A stretch of 64,000 nucleotides of DNA from Eledone cirrhosa (lineage: Eukaryota), in contig OZ024743.1 in the NCBI GenBank assembly GCA_964016885.1, positions 255,874,001 to 255,938,000 on the forward strand. The letters run 5' to 3'. A program made the position numbers and the translations under genes. Shown here piece by piece: positions 29,684 to 47,358 of this stretch; the stretch's first letter is position 1; the number at the start of each line of letters is the position of its first letter. Under the pieces are notes generated by a model, which had not been told where the DNA came from, did no database searches, and was given only the letters and a program-made list of their open reading frames with translations.

Positions 29684-30918
29684 CTGGCAGTATCGGTAGA
29701 GGGTCGGCTGCTATGCTTTGCAGCATAGAGTTACGGCCCTTTACAGTCTGAGTTCAAATCTCGCCGAGGCTAACTTTGCCTTTCATCCTTACGGGATTGA
29801 TAAAATAACGTACCAGTAATGCACTGGTAAAACTACTGGCCTTGTGCCAAAAGTAGAAAGTTACTTAATATTCATAGATTCCATGTAGATTTGCAATGAC
29901 CATCATTGTTATCATGCTGCTATTGTTGTTGATGATGAACTCGTACTTGTTGTATTTGTATTGTATATATATTGTAATCATTATTTCATCATCAACAGTA
30001 GTGGATTGGCACTATTGCTGGAGCGTCAGACAACATGCTTTGTCGCATATAGTTACATTCCGTTAAATTCTGATTTCAAATCCCGCCAAGGTTAGCTTTG
30101 TCTTTCATCCTGATGGAATCGATTAAATAAAGTACCAGTAACAAACTGGGTCAATTTTATCGACTTTCCACTCCCCCAAAATTGTTGGCTTTGTGTCTGA
30201 ATCAGGGTCAGACGCCATGCTTTGCAGAACAGAATTATGCCCCTTTATGATCTGAGTTCAAATCCCGCCGAGGTTAACTTTGCCTTTCATCCTTACAGGG
30301 TTGATAAAATAAAGTACCAGTAATGCACTAGGATAATTGCTGGCCTTGTGCCAAAAGTAGAAACAATTATTACATCATCATAATTGTTGCTGGAGTTTCT
30401 ATTTACTTATTTGTAGAGTTTTGTTTGTACATTGTTATTATTATTATTATAATTATTATTAGTCTTAATTGTATTTTGCATTGTCTTTTCATTACTGAAC
30501 CCACCTTGGGTATATGTAGTGTGGTTTTTTTTGTTGGTGTTGTTTCTATTGTATAGAGAGTACTCTTTGTAATATGTGTGCAGTGCTGGGTAGTGCTATT
30601 TTTTGTATGCTGTATATATTTGTAAGGGGTTGTGGTTATGTATCTGTCTCTGTGTTTTTTATAATTCCCAAAGCAACTATTATTGTTATTATTTCTGTAG
30701 TCAGGGCAGTGGATTGGCAGTATTGGTAGAGTGTTGAACAACATGCTTTGCCACATAGAGTTATGGCCCTTTACATTATGAGTTCAAATCCCACAGAGGT
30801 TAGCTTTGCTTTTCATCTTTACAGGGTCGATAAAATAAAGCACCAGTAATGCACTGGGATCGAATTAATCGACTTCTTCCTCCCCCCAAATGTCTGACCT
30901 TCTGCCTATAGTAGAAAT
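29684..30918 (+). mobile_element. SINE cluster (29684-29858, 29999-30200, 30205-30368, 30703-30918)
   Basis: Repeated GTTCAAATCC B-box and TTTGCCTTTCATCCTT..GATAAAATAAAGTACCAG core. Confidence 0.85.
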
Positions 30919-31565
30919 CATTATCTAAATTATAATAAAGCAAGGGATGTGGGACTACGTACGGTTTATTTCTTTCAATCCAGTTAGTAAAATAAGTTGG
31001 ATTACTTTGAATAAATAATGAATGAATATTATATAATTTATGTGCTAAATTTCGTAAACAAATAATTTTGTAAAAAAAATAATCTAAAATTGACTTCTTT
31101 TCAAAGTTGCACTTCCGGTATATCAACTACCATATATATAGAAAGAGAGAGCGTGTGATGAGAGAGATAGAGAGATTATGATTTTCTACGATTAGATGAT
31201 AGAGATAGAGAGATTATGATTTTCTACGATTAGATGATAGAGATAGAGGGATTGTGATTTTCTACACAATGACGCGTATGAGTGTGCACATACATACATC
31301 TATTATGAGTATATAACTATAATGGCGCAAAACAACTTTATGAAAATACACACTCACGTACATAATTCACACAAATACATATACATTCACACATACATAC
31401 ATACATACATACATTCACACATATATTTACACAAACACACACATACAGTCATGATAGCGTTCGGTTTAATTGGAAATGGGAGGGTAAAACAAGTATAATG
31501 TATTATTTACTTATTAACTCTTTATTTATTTATTAACTCTTTTTTTAAAAACTAATTTAATATAA

Positions 31566-32183
31566 CTAGCAGAAAAACCACCCGACGGGTGGTTTTCTGA
31601 TAGCATATGTAGTGTGTATATTGATATTATACGCAAGTATATATGCATGTAGATATGATACATCAAATAAAATAGTAATTGACAATATACACAGAAATTG
31701 AACGAAGACTGTTACACTGTCTTCTGTAATGAGTAAGGTAATCCATGATACATTAAAAAAAGACGATATTATATATAAACTGCATTAGGAGAAAATTAGT
31801 GACAGAAATATACGAATATTTATTTAAACGATTGCTAACCGGAAGTGTTGACATTTGAAAATTTTAATGAAGTGAATCTTTAAATAAGTAATAAAATATA
31901 TTGAATGAACAACAACGAAATTTAGTAGATAAATGATGTAATATTCATTCATTATTTATTACGGCCCTTGCCATTCTGAATTCAAATCCCGCTGAGGTTA
32001 ACTTTGCCTTTCATCCTTACGGGGTCGATAAAATAAAGTACCAGTAATGTACTGGGTCATTACTGGCCTTGTGCCAATAGTAGAAACAATTATTTATTCA
32101 AAATAATCCAACTTATTTACTAACAGGATACAAAATTATAAACTGTACGCAGTCCCGTGCTTCTTACTTTATTATAGTTTAGA
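31566..32183 (-). mobile_element. Non-autonomous Helitron-like element with a nested SINE fragment (31960-32090)
   Basis: Minus strand starts A|TCTAAACTATAATAAAGTAAG and ends with the hairpin AGAAAACCACCCGTCGGGTGGTTTTTCTG followed by CTAG|T. Confidence 0.55.
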
Positions 32184-32254
32184 TTAAGCACTGTTGTACG
32201 CCCATTGATTATATATATATAAATGTAATAGCATATAAATTATATCTGATACAG

Positions 32255-32285
<31 letters not shown>

Positions 32286-32462
32286 CACACACACATACAT
32301 ACCACACCACACACAAATCATCTTCCGAAATTAGTGAAGCTATTATTAATCCTCCCCGGGTAAAGTAACTTTCAAATTCTTCGTAATTCATGAAATGCAA
32401 TAATACATCTCACGGACACACACACACGAATATATCTATTCATACATAGACATATATATAGA

Positions 32463-32953
32463 GGAAGTCTGGTCCGAAGTGCACATGCGCGAAGGCTGTT
32501 CCGTAATGCGCATGCGCGAAGGCTGGTCCGAACTGCACATGCGGGAAAGCCGGTCCATAATATGCATGCGCGAAGTCTGGTCCAAAGTGCGCATGCGCGA
32601 AGGCTGGTCTGAAGTGCGCATGCACGAAGGCTGGTCCGTACTGTGCATGCGTGAAGGCTGGTACATACGGTGCATGCGCGAAGTCTGGTCCGAAGTGTGC
32701 ATGCGTGAAGTTTAGTCCGAAGTGCGCATGCGCAAAGTCTGGTCCCGAAGTGTGCATGCACGAAGGCTGGTCCATACTGTGCATGCGCGAAGTCTGGTCC
32801 GTACTGCGCATGCGCGAAGGCTGGTCCGAAGTGCGCACGCGCGAAGGCAGGTCCGTACTGCACATGTGTAAAGGCTGGTCCGAAGTACGCATGCGCGAAG
32901 GCTAGTTCAAAGTGCCCATGCGCGAAGGCTGGTCTGTACTGCGCATCCGCGAA
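32463..32953. repeat. 27-bp GC-rich minisatellite (about 18 copies) containing GCGCATGCGC
   Basis: Unit GGCTGGTCCGAAGTGCGCATGCGCGAA, bracketed by a direct repeat of about 110 bp (32310-32420 / 32976-33088). Confidence 0.93.
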
Positions 32954-33501
32954 TATATATATAGACATGCATACCGCACACAAATCGTCTTCCAAGGTTA
33001 GTGAAGCTATTATTAATCCTCCCCGGATGAAGTAACTTGCAAATTCTTCGTAATTCTTGAAATGCAATAATACATCTAACGGACACACTCTCTAGAATAG
33101 ATATATTTGTGTGTGTGAGAGAGAGAGAGGTCGATAGACAGGTAGGTTGGTAGGTAGATAGGTCGATAGATCGATACGTAGATATATAGGTAGTTAGATA
33201 GAAAGATAGACAATAGTGTATATGTGGCTGTGTGTATGTATGTGAAGATGTGGAAATAAGGAAAGGATAATTTTCTACAGTACTAATGATTCAATCCACA
33301 GGTGTATATTCTTTTTACCATTGCATATGTACATAGACTCACTAACACACGTATATATATATATATGTGGTGTGTTTATGTGTGTGTACATGTGTGTATC
33401 TGTGTGTGTGCATAAGTGTTTATGTGTGTTACTGTAGCTGTGTATGTGTGCATATGTGTGTGCGTTTGTGTCCATGTGTATGTCTCGTTATCATACTTAT
33501 T

Positions 33502-34070
33502 AGGACAGTGAATTAGCAGTATCGGTAGAGGGTTGGACGCCATGCTTTCTAGCATTGTTACGTCCCTTTACGGTCTGAGTTCAAATTCTTTCGAGGTTAA
33601 CTTTGCCTTTCATCCTTATGGGGTTGATAAAATAAAGTACCAGTAATGTACTAGGTAATTGTTGGCCTTGTGCTAAAAGTAAAAAGTAGAAACAATTATT
33701 ATAATTATTAGGATAGTGAATTGGCAGATTGTTAGAGTGTCAGACAGATTGCCTTTTAGTAATTCATTACATTCTGTGTTCAAATTCTATCTTTTATAAA
33801 GTACTACTCGGGTGTTGTGCTCAATTTAATTAACTTCACCCTCCTTTCAAAGATTTCTGGTCTTGTGCTTAAATCCTTCTCCTTCTTGACTTGGTAAAGC
33901 ATTTTATAAAATGCCATTGTGGTATTTATTCTGGCTCTTTACATGCTGAGTTAAAATGCCACAGAGGTCAACTTTGAATTTCATCCTTTCAGTGTTCAAT
34001 AAAATATATTACCAGTCAAGAAATGGGTTCAATATAATTGAATTATTCCTTGTACCTATAATAGAAATAA
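33502..34070 (+). mobile_element. One SINE plus two degenerate copies
   Basis: Clear copy at 33502-33700; eroded copies at 33710-33870 and 33890-34070. Confidence 0.75.
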
Positions 34071-34705
34071 TTATTATTAAAGTAATAGTAGTTGTATTGT
34101 TGTTGTCGTTCTTATTGTTGGTATTTTATACTGTTTTGTTGTTGTTATTAATTTCAAAAACTACTATTAATTGTGATCAGTATCACTCTACAGATACTGA
34201 TAAACAAGAGCAGCATAAGAAACAACAACAACAGCAGCAGTAGTAGTATCAACAATAAAAACAGCAACAACAATAGTAGCAGCAACAGCAACATGGACAT
34301 CAACAACAACATCAATAACCACCACAACAAAAGCAGTAACAGCAACAGCAACAACTGTAACAACAGCAAGAACATCAACAACATGCAAATAAATGGGATT
34401 CTTTGGAAAAACAATGGAAAGTATTTATTTATTTATATTTATTTATGTTTTGTGGGGGAAATGCCAAACACAGAGCAAACTTCTTTATTGGGTTTAGAAA
34501 ACTGTTCCAATATGGAAATTATTGGATTCCTATTATATGTTTTATTGTAATTCGACTTTGGGATTTATTTTCTTTTACTGTTGTTATAGTTGTTGCTATG
34601 GTTGCTACTGTTTTTGTTTTTACAAGAGATGTAGTTTTGTTCAATATAGTTTAGCATTAAAAAAAAAAAACAACAGAATTTTAAGAATATATATATATAA
34701 TATAT

Positions 34706-34740
<35 letters not shown>

Positions 34741-34789
34741 ATCTAACCCATGCTAGCGTGGAAAACGGACGTTAAACGAAGATGATGAT

Positions 34790-35272
<483 letters not shown>

Positions 35273-35754
35273 TGAATAAAGCACAATTGACTTGACATGC
35301 AGATAAATTACATCTTTGATTTATTTTGACTTTTTTAAACAAGATGTTTATGTGTGTGTATGTTTTCTTTTTATAACAACATTTGATGTGAGAAAATTTA
35401 TAGCTTAGAATTATACCCCCCAAAAAATCCTTGGCTTTAATTGAAAAATTATTTATCATAAATTGTTGTTTTACTATTTTTGATTCTTTTAACGATTTCC
35501 ATGTTTATATTGCTGTGATCGTTTGCTCTTTGTGTTTGAAAAATAATTTTTTATTCCATGAAGATGACGGAAGGTCAAGAAAATGTAAAGACGTTTACTA
35601 AGGAGCTAAAGATCTTTAATTCCAATTCCTGTTTTGCTGTGCAAAAGTTGTTGTTAAGAACATAGATTTGGCATTTAAAAATTAATATTTTTTTAAACTG
35701 TCATCGTCATGACATTGCTCAAACCAAACATGAACATCCCCTCTGAGATGATAA

Positions 35755-35960
35755 AACAACTGATCAGGCTGGAACTTAGAGTATCTTGGGAAGAATAAGT
35801 TGGAGAAGAATATGAAATTAAATATAAAAAGTATCAGGAACTAGTGGAGAAATGCCATGACAGAGGCTAGAAGACACACCATGAGCCTTTTGAGATTTTA
35901 CAGGATGCTCAATCTGAAACGTTTTTCAATTAATTGGTATTTACAGGAGCTGCAATGCAA
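35755..35960 (+). pseudogene. Fossil restriction-like endonuclease of a HERO/NeSL-type non-LTR element
   Basis: Translates LIRLELRVSWEE*VGEEYEIKYKKYQELVEKCHDRG*KTHHEPFEI, resembling the ELTVPWEE..K..KY..L...C...GW motif; contains in-frame stops. Confidence 0.55.
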
Positions 35961-38213
35961 GAATCTGTACAACATATGAGCGAAAACTTGTATTGTTTGT
36001 GTTTACAAAATAATTTTGGATCCACGAAGAAGTTGAAATGTCAAGAAATTGTGAAAATCATTACTTTCTATTCTTGATCTGCTGTGCAAAAGTTGGTGTT
36101 CACAACTACATTTTAACATTTTTCAAAATTGTTTTATTGTTATCATGTCAACATTTTGCTGGCAAAAGTGATAATTCCCTCTGAACTGAGGAGGCAACAA
36201 TACTTTCATTAAGGAGCTAAACCTTTTACTTTCTATCCCTACTCAGTTCTGAAAAATGCTGGGGCTGCTAACAACCAATGTCAGAAATGTTTTTCTCTTT
36301 TTTTTTGTAGATGGGGTGTCGTTTTGGAACGACAGGTTCAATGCAAACTAGAAGTAAGGGAGCGGAAACTAGAATAAAGTAAGAACAAACAAAACAACAG
36401 ATTATACTTTTACCTTGTTCCTATCATCCATTTTTTATGTCTGTTTTCATTCTAGTATGGGTTGGTTTGGTTGTCACTATCTGAGATTAGATAGGGCAGA
36501 GGATCATGTTTTGCTGATATGTTTCATTTTGGAATTGTTTCTACAGTTCAATGTCCTATCTAACACCAACCACTTTACAGAGTATATTTGGTGCATTTTA
36601 GCATGGCATCAGCACTATAACTTTATAGAATGTACCTCATATTTCATGATATTTGCGATTAAGATCACTTTTACAATTGAAAGTGAATATAGCAGTGCTA
36701 GGTAGGCTGTTGATGTATTGAAGGGTGCAAGGTCCTTCTCAGTTTGGGCTTGTCAGGGGTGATAAAGTGTAGAATAATTCAATATACAAGCAAATATATA
36801 CAAAGAAGAGCCACCAGGCTGCTTTGGATTAAAAAGTGCTGATCTGGGGGGTAGACACTGTTGGGACAAAAGTCAGGACCTGAGAAACCTTTGCTAGGTC
36901 ATCTGGATAAAAGATTCTGATTCTGAAAGACCTGAAATACGTAGTTCCTGGTTTAAATACATGTGGCAATGCTGAAACTTTGAAGTCTCTACTACATTTT
37001 TCAAACATATATGTGTGGTGTGTGTGTGTGTGTGTTAAACTAAAAACCACATGTGAAATTCAAACATCCATATCTGCACTACTACCAAGTTTTCAAAGTC
37101 ACTGCCACCCTTTTCACACACATCTATAGCTGTGTGTATGCTTGTGATTAAACCAGGAATCACATGCCTGCAATACAAAGTGAAATTCTTAGATGAATAG
37201 CTATACAAGGGCCAACTGAAACGTTTATAGGCTGATCAAGATACTCATGGGTTGACCAAATTAGGTTTATTTTTCAACATATTTCCTGAGAGGAAACAAT
37301 GTTGTTAATGAAGAGAATTTAAATTAATGCATGCAAGATTTCACATCAGCACACAGTCCTCTGCTAGATGTCACATTGGCGTGATTGGACTGTTCTGAAA
37401 AGATCAGAAAATCATCTGGCAACCATAAATCTCTGTAGTCTAATATTTTAAGTACATCTGACTCTGTATCAAGGAAAGTCATTTGAGATGCTTATGTGAG
37501 GAGTTAAGAGGCACCTGCTGGAAATATTAAATTACCTGCTGCTGATGATTTCTTAATTTCTCACACACTTCTATAAAATATAATAGGATAGAAGCCGCTT
37601 GGCTTTGTTTATATTGTTGATATACCCCCATTAGCATACAAACACATGCACACATATATAGGCACACAGACACACATGCAAACTTACACAAACACAAATG
37701 CACACAACATACATACATACAAAAGCACATACATACGTACAAAAATACATACAGACAGACAAACATACACTTACATATACAAACTGACACACATTTACGG
37801 ATTAACAGTAGAATTCTTGAAATATATGTTTTACAATCTTTTCAGATTCTCTTTACAAAACACATTCGTTAGTTTGTGTTTTTGTTTATTAGTAGGAGAG
37901 AAAACACTAAATATTTACTTTTGAGTCACTCGGGTGAATTAATATTCTCTTTCTGAAATAATTTGTTTTTAACTCTTTTGATGCGAAATTGCTTGTTTAA
38001 AAGTGTTTATATTTATCTTAAAAAAGCATCCATCATAATTGTATGTAAAGAACCTTTGTTAAAGTATGTCCCAAAGGAAGATAATGTAACAAACTTTCTC
38101 ATTAGTTATATTATTAAATCACTCCAAATTACCTTTATTGCTTTCAAAATTATTTCAAAATTAAAGGCAGTGTCTTTCATTAGAAATATGGTAATGACAG
38201 TGTTAAAGCATTT

Positions 38214-38790
38214 ATCATCATCATCATCACCATCATCGTTTTACGTCCATTCTTCCATGCTATCACGGGTTGGATGGCTTGCCTGTTGTGGGAAATGCCA
38301 GGTCAGGTGGCCTTGTCTTGCTCATACGGGAACTGATTTTGGCTTGATTACTATAGCTGGATGCCCCTCCTAGCATCAACCTCATTTACAGTGAGTGCTG
38401 GGTGCTTTTCTTCCGTGGCGCCTACACGACCACTTTACAGTGTGGCTGGGTGGTTTTTTTGTCATGACACCTCCACAACCACTTCGCAGTGGGAGGGTGT
38501 GGGGGCATATTGTCTATATGCTTCAGCTTCAGCTTGTACCCGTGGGAAGTCAGGTCTTCTGTATTACTGTGTGACGCCAGAGATCATGGTTTTGTGTCAT
38601 CACCTTTGAGAGGTGCAATTGGATAAGTTTTGGCTTTTATCACCTCACGCCGGGTCTTCTTGGGTCTCCCCCATTCCAAGGCTTCCATCGACTTCTAGTG
38701 CTCTGCAGCTTTTTATGCAGCTGTCATCCTTCATACACATCACATGTCCATACCAACACAACCTTCTCTGCTGCACACAGCATTTCATTC
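38214..38790 (-). mobile_element. RTE-clade LINE 3' fragment
   Basis: Minus strand CVQQRRLCWYGHVMCMKDDSCIKSCRALEVDGSLGMGRPKKT, then a GGACGTAAAACGATGATG tail. Confidence 0.8.
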
Positions 38791-39343
38791 CTCTTATGCT
38801 CAATTCGTTTATGTTTTAACCATTTGCGTATATTACTAATTACACACCATTGGAGCATGCAAGCTTCTAAAATTCGTTTATGTTTTTACCATTTGCGTAT
38901 ATTTACTATTACACACCATTGGAGCATGCAAACTTCTAAAATCCTTCCAGCATAATTTTTATGTTTCAAGCAACAGATTAATAATGAGGAAGTTATATTA
39001 TCAAATCTCTCCAAATTGATGATTATTTTTGAAATTATCTGAAAATCACAGATATCACCTTTCATTAGAAATGGAACAATGAAAAGTAATGCAGCAGTAT
39101 ACATTCACCTGATTTAGTGTATAAAATGCTCACATACATACGTATATAAACATGCACATGCACATAAATACAGGAATATATCTTCACTCAGAATCATAAG
39201 ATTCAGTTCACCATCCCAACGCATACAAACAATCACATGTACAACATCCACATATAAATATTATTACAGGATCATATTTTCACTTCAAGAATAAGAATTC
39301 ATCTGATTTAGTGAATGTTACATACACACAAACACACACACAC

Positions 39344-39391
<48 letters not shown>

Positions 39392-39410
39392 TATATATAT
39401 ATATATCTAT

Positions 39411-39608
39411 AGAAGTGGTTACACAACAGTTAGTTCACCATACCGAGAACAATTGTTTCACCTTAGCGGATCTTCAGCTGAGGATCCGCTAAGGTGAAAT
39501 TGTTCTCGGTATGTTGAACTAACTATTGTGTAACCACTTCTTACCTAACTCCTCCCATGGACTGAGTGCTCTACCACTACGAAATATTATCTTCCAGTGT
39601 TCTACCAC

Positions 39609-39609
<1 letters not shown>
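39411..39609. mobile_element. Solo PLE pseudo-LTR with inverted end (131-bp palindrome) carrying HHR cores on both strands
   Basis: Palindrome 39411-39541 is centred on CAGCTG. Minus strand reads CTGAAGA-TCCGCTAAGGT-GAAA-CAATTG-TT-CTCGG. The segment matches the 3' terminus of the PLE at 51213-51350 and is flanked by (TA)n. Confidence 0.85.
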
Positions 39610-39641
<32 letters not shown>

Positions 39642-39648
39642 TATATAA

Positions 39649-39706
<58 letters not shown>

Positions 39707-40459
39707 CACTACACCGTACAAAGCCATAAACATATAATTAATACATGACTATATTATCACACCCAGAATTACAATTCACATGCACACATAGACCACATCA
39801 TACTCACATGCATATATATCCACATATACATATTAACATGATTTCATGTCATCACACATTTCGTCACCAGGAATACACACACACATATACGTATCTTTAC
39901 ATATACTTGCTATTATATCTTCACTTGTAGAATTACACTTAACCTGATACAGTCAGACTTAACCTGATACAGTCAGCACACCACACACTTATAATTACAT
40001 ATACACATTAATATATCACATTCAATTGAAGAATTACACATAACCTGATATAGTCATAATTCACACATACATACACATTAATTCACTCATAGAATCCCAA
40101 TTAAGCCCAATCCCTCACGATATATAGTGACTCTATCTATCTCTACAGTACAGATCTGACAATTGTAAAACAACATGGCTCATGGCATGTGTGTGACATT
40201 TACAACGATATATAGATAAATGTCAAATATAATGTCTTGGAAATATATATATATATATATATTGTTCAGGGAGGTAAGGGGTCGTTGTTCATTCATTGAA
40301 TTTGAAATGATAGACCCTGATTGACTCTGGGAATTGTGCACCCTAGGGAATAATCATGTTAGATATTACAATAGCTACTTGAGAAATAATAAACTATATA
40401 AAATCATGAAGCACAGTAATATCCAATGATCAAATGTTCCTTTCTTTATCTCTCCCTCA

Positions 40460-40568
<109 letters not shown>

Positions 40569-40745
40569 TGCGTGCGTGTGTGTGTGTAGTTGAAAAATGA
40601 ATGTTAATTATAATCTGAATTTTCTCCTGTCTTGCCTGATGAGCCTGTGAGTGCACAGATGAAATCTCACCACATAGCCATAAAACGAATATATATATAT
40701 ATATAAATATGAGAATAAACGTGCTGCGTGGTTGCAATTGGTTAC

Positions 40746-41170
40746 ATATGAATAAAGTTAGTCCTTCATCAATGATCTTCCAACCATCATTGGTATTTCA
40801 TCGCTTTAAAGACCATATACCTCCGGTTGGTGCGAGCAACGGCTAAAAAAAGTCGTTGGGACACGTAAATAAAGGGGACACGAGAGTGTAAACAAACAAA
40901 GAATTTGAAGCAACGAAAAGTGAGGAAGAACGAGTCAAGTCCCAAATTTCCATGAATATAAGTTCGGTGAAATCGTGAACGAGAGAGAATAAAGACCATC
41001 AAACCTGGTTGAAATATGAGCAAGGAAGGAATTCCGTACAGGTCTAACGGGAGGAAGAAGGAATCTAGTCTGTGAATTCGGTGAACATTCTGTGAAATCG
41101 TAGACGAGAGAGAGAAAAAAGGGGAACCAGCCTGACTAAGCGTGCGAAAGAAAAGGAAGGACTAACTTTA

Positions 41171-41177
<7 letters not shown>
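40746..41177. mobile_element. MITE with 22-bp perfect TIRs
   Basis: ATATGAATAAAGTTAGTCCTTC ... GAAGGACTAACTTTATTCATAT in a TA context. The left 300 bp recurs at 48009-48312. Confidence 0.85.
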
Positions 41178-41227
<50 letters not shown>

Positions 41228-42517
41228 GGGGTAACAGATTATTGTTATAGGTAGTCCACTTAAGTGTAGTCCAGTTATGGTACTCCGAGTAGTGGATGAT
41301 ATCAACGCTTGGCTAAGTTTGACTCAACAAGGCGTTTCCATAGTGATGCTGCGAGTACGCGGTAATTTCAATGTTGTAAACACTTGGAGTAATAAATCAG
41401 GAGAGAACTTTGACACGGTTTGCTATACAAAAAAGGTTTTTAATCTCATTGCTGACAATTGTTTTTCTGAACTGGTAGGTCTAGAGATCGCTACCCGCTT
41501 GTTTTCACATCATTTGATCACCAATACATAGTTGTAACCAGTCAATTCATCGGAGCTTGTGAGATGAAAGGAATATACAGGCATGGCTACTATATATAGT
41601 AGTAATGGCATTCAATCAGACCAATAACAACAATAGTAACAATGCTAGCAATAAATTATTTGAAATAATCACAACATCAATCTAGGTGAGAAATATAGTA
41701 TATCTATGATTTTAGCGTGTAAAACTAGCTGATATGAGGCAGATGTATATATACATATATATGCATGTATGGTGGCTGCCAACTCGTTTTCGAGTACGGC
41801 CACTACTTTATATCCATGTAGGAGAACTCCTACCGATGTGCTGAACGAGTGTGACATTTTAGTCCAGCCAGCGACTTGAAAACTCTGGTACAAACACTAC
41901 ACTTGTGACAATTATTGACACATAGTGCTGGGCCCATGGTACCATGTCACGACAAGTGCAGAGAGATCTCCAGATATAAAGCAATGCCTGTGCCGTGAAG
42001 CTTTTATAGTGAGCAAAGGCACTGCACAAAGCCAGTCCCACTCTCTTAACCAAGATGATATTTACCAAAAGAAGAACAAGTCAACATCATTGGATACCAT
42101 CAGGGTTGCAGGTGTTATATCAGAGTTTTCCTTCTCCTAGAATTCTGCCTTGACAAGGCTAAGGGTCATCTCTCCCGGTGGTTTTGGATGGCCATTGACT
42201 CTTAAGAGCTCCTTTGCCCTTTGACAGGTTTTGTTTTTAGTCCTGCAGGATGTCCAAAGTCACCCTCCTCACCAAGAAACCTTGGTGGGGTTGCCAGTTT
42301 AGTCGCCAACGACCCGACCATGAGACAGGTTGTACTGGGATACATGTTACCATGTTACATATGCATGTATATATATATATATATACGTACAGACATACTT
42401 ATATATTTATATATATATCGGCCTGCCTGCCCAGCCAGTGGGATGGATGGCGTCATCGTATGGCTAAAACAGCACGTGCTGTGACCAGCGGCACCGAATG
42501 GCGGTCTAGGTGATCAA

Positions 42518-42592
<75 letters not shown>

Positions 42593-42688
42593 GGAGCATA
42601 GTAATATTAATGTTATTGAGACACGAGTAACATAATAATGATATCAACAGCAGAAATTACAGATGAAATGGATGTTTATTTATTTGTT

Positions 42689-42812
42689 GTAGCACAAATA
42701 ATTGTTTCTACTTTGGCACAAGGCCAGCAATTACCCGATGCATTACTGGTACTTTATTCTATCGAAACCGGAAGGATGAAGGCAAAGTTAACCTCGGCGT
42801 AGCACAAATAAT
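42689..42812 (-). mobile_element. 5'-truncated SINE with a 14-bp target-site duplication
   Basis: GTAGCACAAATAAT at 42689-42702 and 42799-42812 flanks a SINE 3' half. Confidence 0.85.
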
Positions 42813-43102
42813 GTTTGTTAACTTGTATGGTTGAAGTTACACATAAATTGAGGTTACAAAAGGAATGTGCCATTGTGCCAGGCCCAAGGAAAGCCGGCAG
42901 GCCAAAGTGCAAAATCTCACTGTCACATGTTTGTACGTGTTGCTGGTTCGAAGTTCAGGGTGCGAGAGAGAGATTCTTCAAATCCTCGCGGGGAATTTCT
43001 CCCTCAGGGCGCGTAGGGATACATCCTCTTCTACTGGCGTTGATTGGCTGAGCTGAGCCAAATCTCACACAGAGAATGTATGTGAGCCCGCGGAATGTAG
43101 GT

Positions 43103-43166
<64 letters not shown>

Positions 43167-43245
43167 GTACATACATACTTATATATATGTATATATATAT
43201 ATATGGAAAGGAAGAATCAGTGATGCATCGGAACATAAATTTATT

Positions 43246-43338
43246 ACGTATTACAAATGTTTCTCCGGCGAACAGCTCGAGGTGCGATCTGTTTGTGGAT
43301 CGAACTTGACACTGTATTCGCAAGTTCCTCAGATACGT
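43246..43338 (-). ncRNA. Type I hammerhead ribozyme motif with an enlarged stem II region
   Basis: Minus strand ACGTAT-CTGAGGA-(about 62 nt)-GAAA-CATTTG-TA-ATACGT: 6-bp stem I and a GUA triplet. A degenerate direct repeat lies at 43380-43478. Confidence 0.7.
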
Positions 43339-43476
43339 CTAGTGATTTCGAAGCAAATCCTCTTTCTGCTGGACTCTGCTTCTCCGGCGAACAGCTCGAG
43401 GTGCGATCTGCTTGTGGATCGAACCTGACTCTGAAATTAGCAAGTTTCTCAGATACGTCTAGTGATTTCGAAGCAA

Positions 43477-43531
<55 letters not shown>

Positions 43532-43541
43532 ATATATAATA

Positions 43542-46118
<2,577 letters not shown>

Positions 46119-46188
46119 CTGTATGTGTGTATATAATTGTATATTTGTGTGTGTATATGTATGTATATGTGGATAAACCAGGCTTTTT

Positions 46189-46246
46189 TTCGTTCTGAAG
46201 ATTGAAGGAAACTTCTTTTGCTTTTAAGAAACCTCTGGTGAATGGA
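46189..46246 (+). ncRNA. Hammerhead motif, probably inactive copy
   Basis: CGTT-CTGAAGA-TTGAAG..CTTTTAA-GAAA-CCTCTGG-TG-AATG. The cleavage triplet is GUG, which breaks the NUH rule. Paralog of 47567-47626. Confidence 0.65.
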
Positions 46247-46704
46247 TTAATTGCCTTGTATGGCTTTATTACTTTACTACTATATATACGTTTATGTAAG
46301 GTTCATTTGTCTTATCTAATACTGAGCTTTACACATACACACATGTATATGTGTGTGTGTGTGTATGTGTATGCATGTGTGTATGTGTACGTGTATGTGT
46401 GTATATATATGTATATGTATATATATGTATATATATAAAGATATGTGTATGTATATGTATATGTGTATATGTATATATGTGTATATGTATGTGTATGTAT
46501 GTATATGTGTGCGTGTGTATTTATTTATTTTTATGTATGTGTGGGTTTGTGTGTGGGTGTGTGTGCGTATGTGTGTGTGTTTGTATTTAGTTGTGCGTTC
46601 TTTTGATATATACGTATTTGCATGTGTATAATTGTTTAGCTATGTATGTATATGTGTGTTTACGTATTTATATGTGTGTGTGCGTTTATATTTTTATATT
46701 TTTG

Positions 46705-46754
<50 letters not shown>

Positions 46755-47135
46755 ATATATAATTACATATACATGTGTGTGTTTATATTGTATACGTGTA
46801 CGTGTTTGTGTATGTATGTGTATGTACGTGTTTATGTATTTGTATATGTATATTTATGTGTGAGAGTGTGTGTATGTGTTTACTATTTCGTACGTATGTA
46901 TATGTGCTTTTGTGTGTATTACTTACCACGCGTGTCTGTCCTGTTAGCTGGGGCATGTATCGCTGTCAAATATTTGTTAATATATATTTATATATTTTTT
47001 TCTTATATTTATTTGCGTGTGTGAATATGTAGTGGAGTGCATTCATGTATGTGTATGTATGTACGTTGTATGTTTGTGTGAATGTATGTATGTGTGTATA
47101 TATATGTGTGTGTGTATGTGTATGCTTGTACACAC

Positions 47136-47185
<50 letters not shown>

Positions 47186-47231
47186 GTATATATATATATG
47201 TACATGTATATATATGTGGGTGTGTATGTGT

Positions 47232-47268
<37 letters not shown>

Positions 47269-47326
47269 AATGTATGTATGTGTATATGTGTGTATATATG
47301 TGTATGTGTGTGTAGGTGTACGCTCT

Positions 47327-47358
<32 letters not shown>

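Noticed and set aside
32372-33088. 238-aa ORF with AFAHAHFGP repeats
   Set aside because: It arises from the 27-bp minisatellite; open frames occur in several phases and on both strands.
40630-40680. CTGATGA-GC-CTGTG/CACAG-AT-GAAA
   Set aside because: Stem II is present, but stem I is only 2 bp and stem III is unconvincing; at best a decayed HHR.
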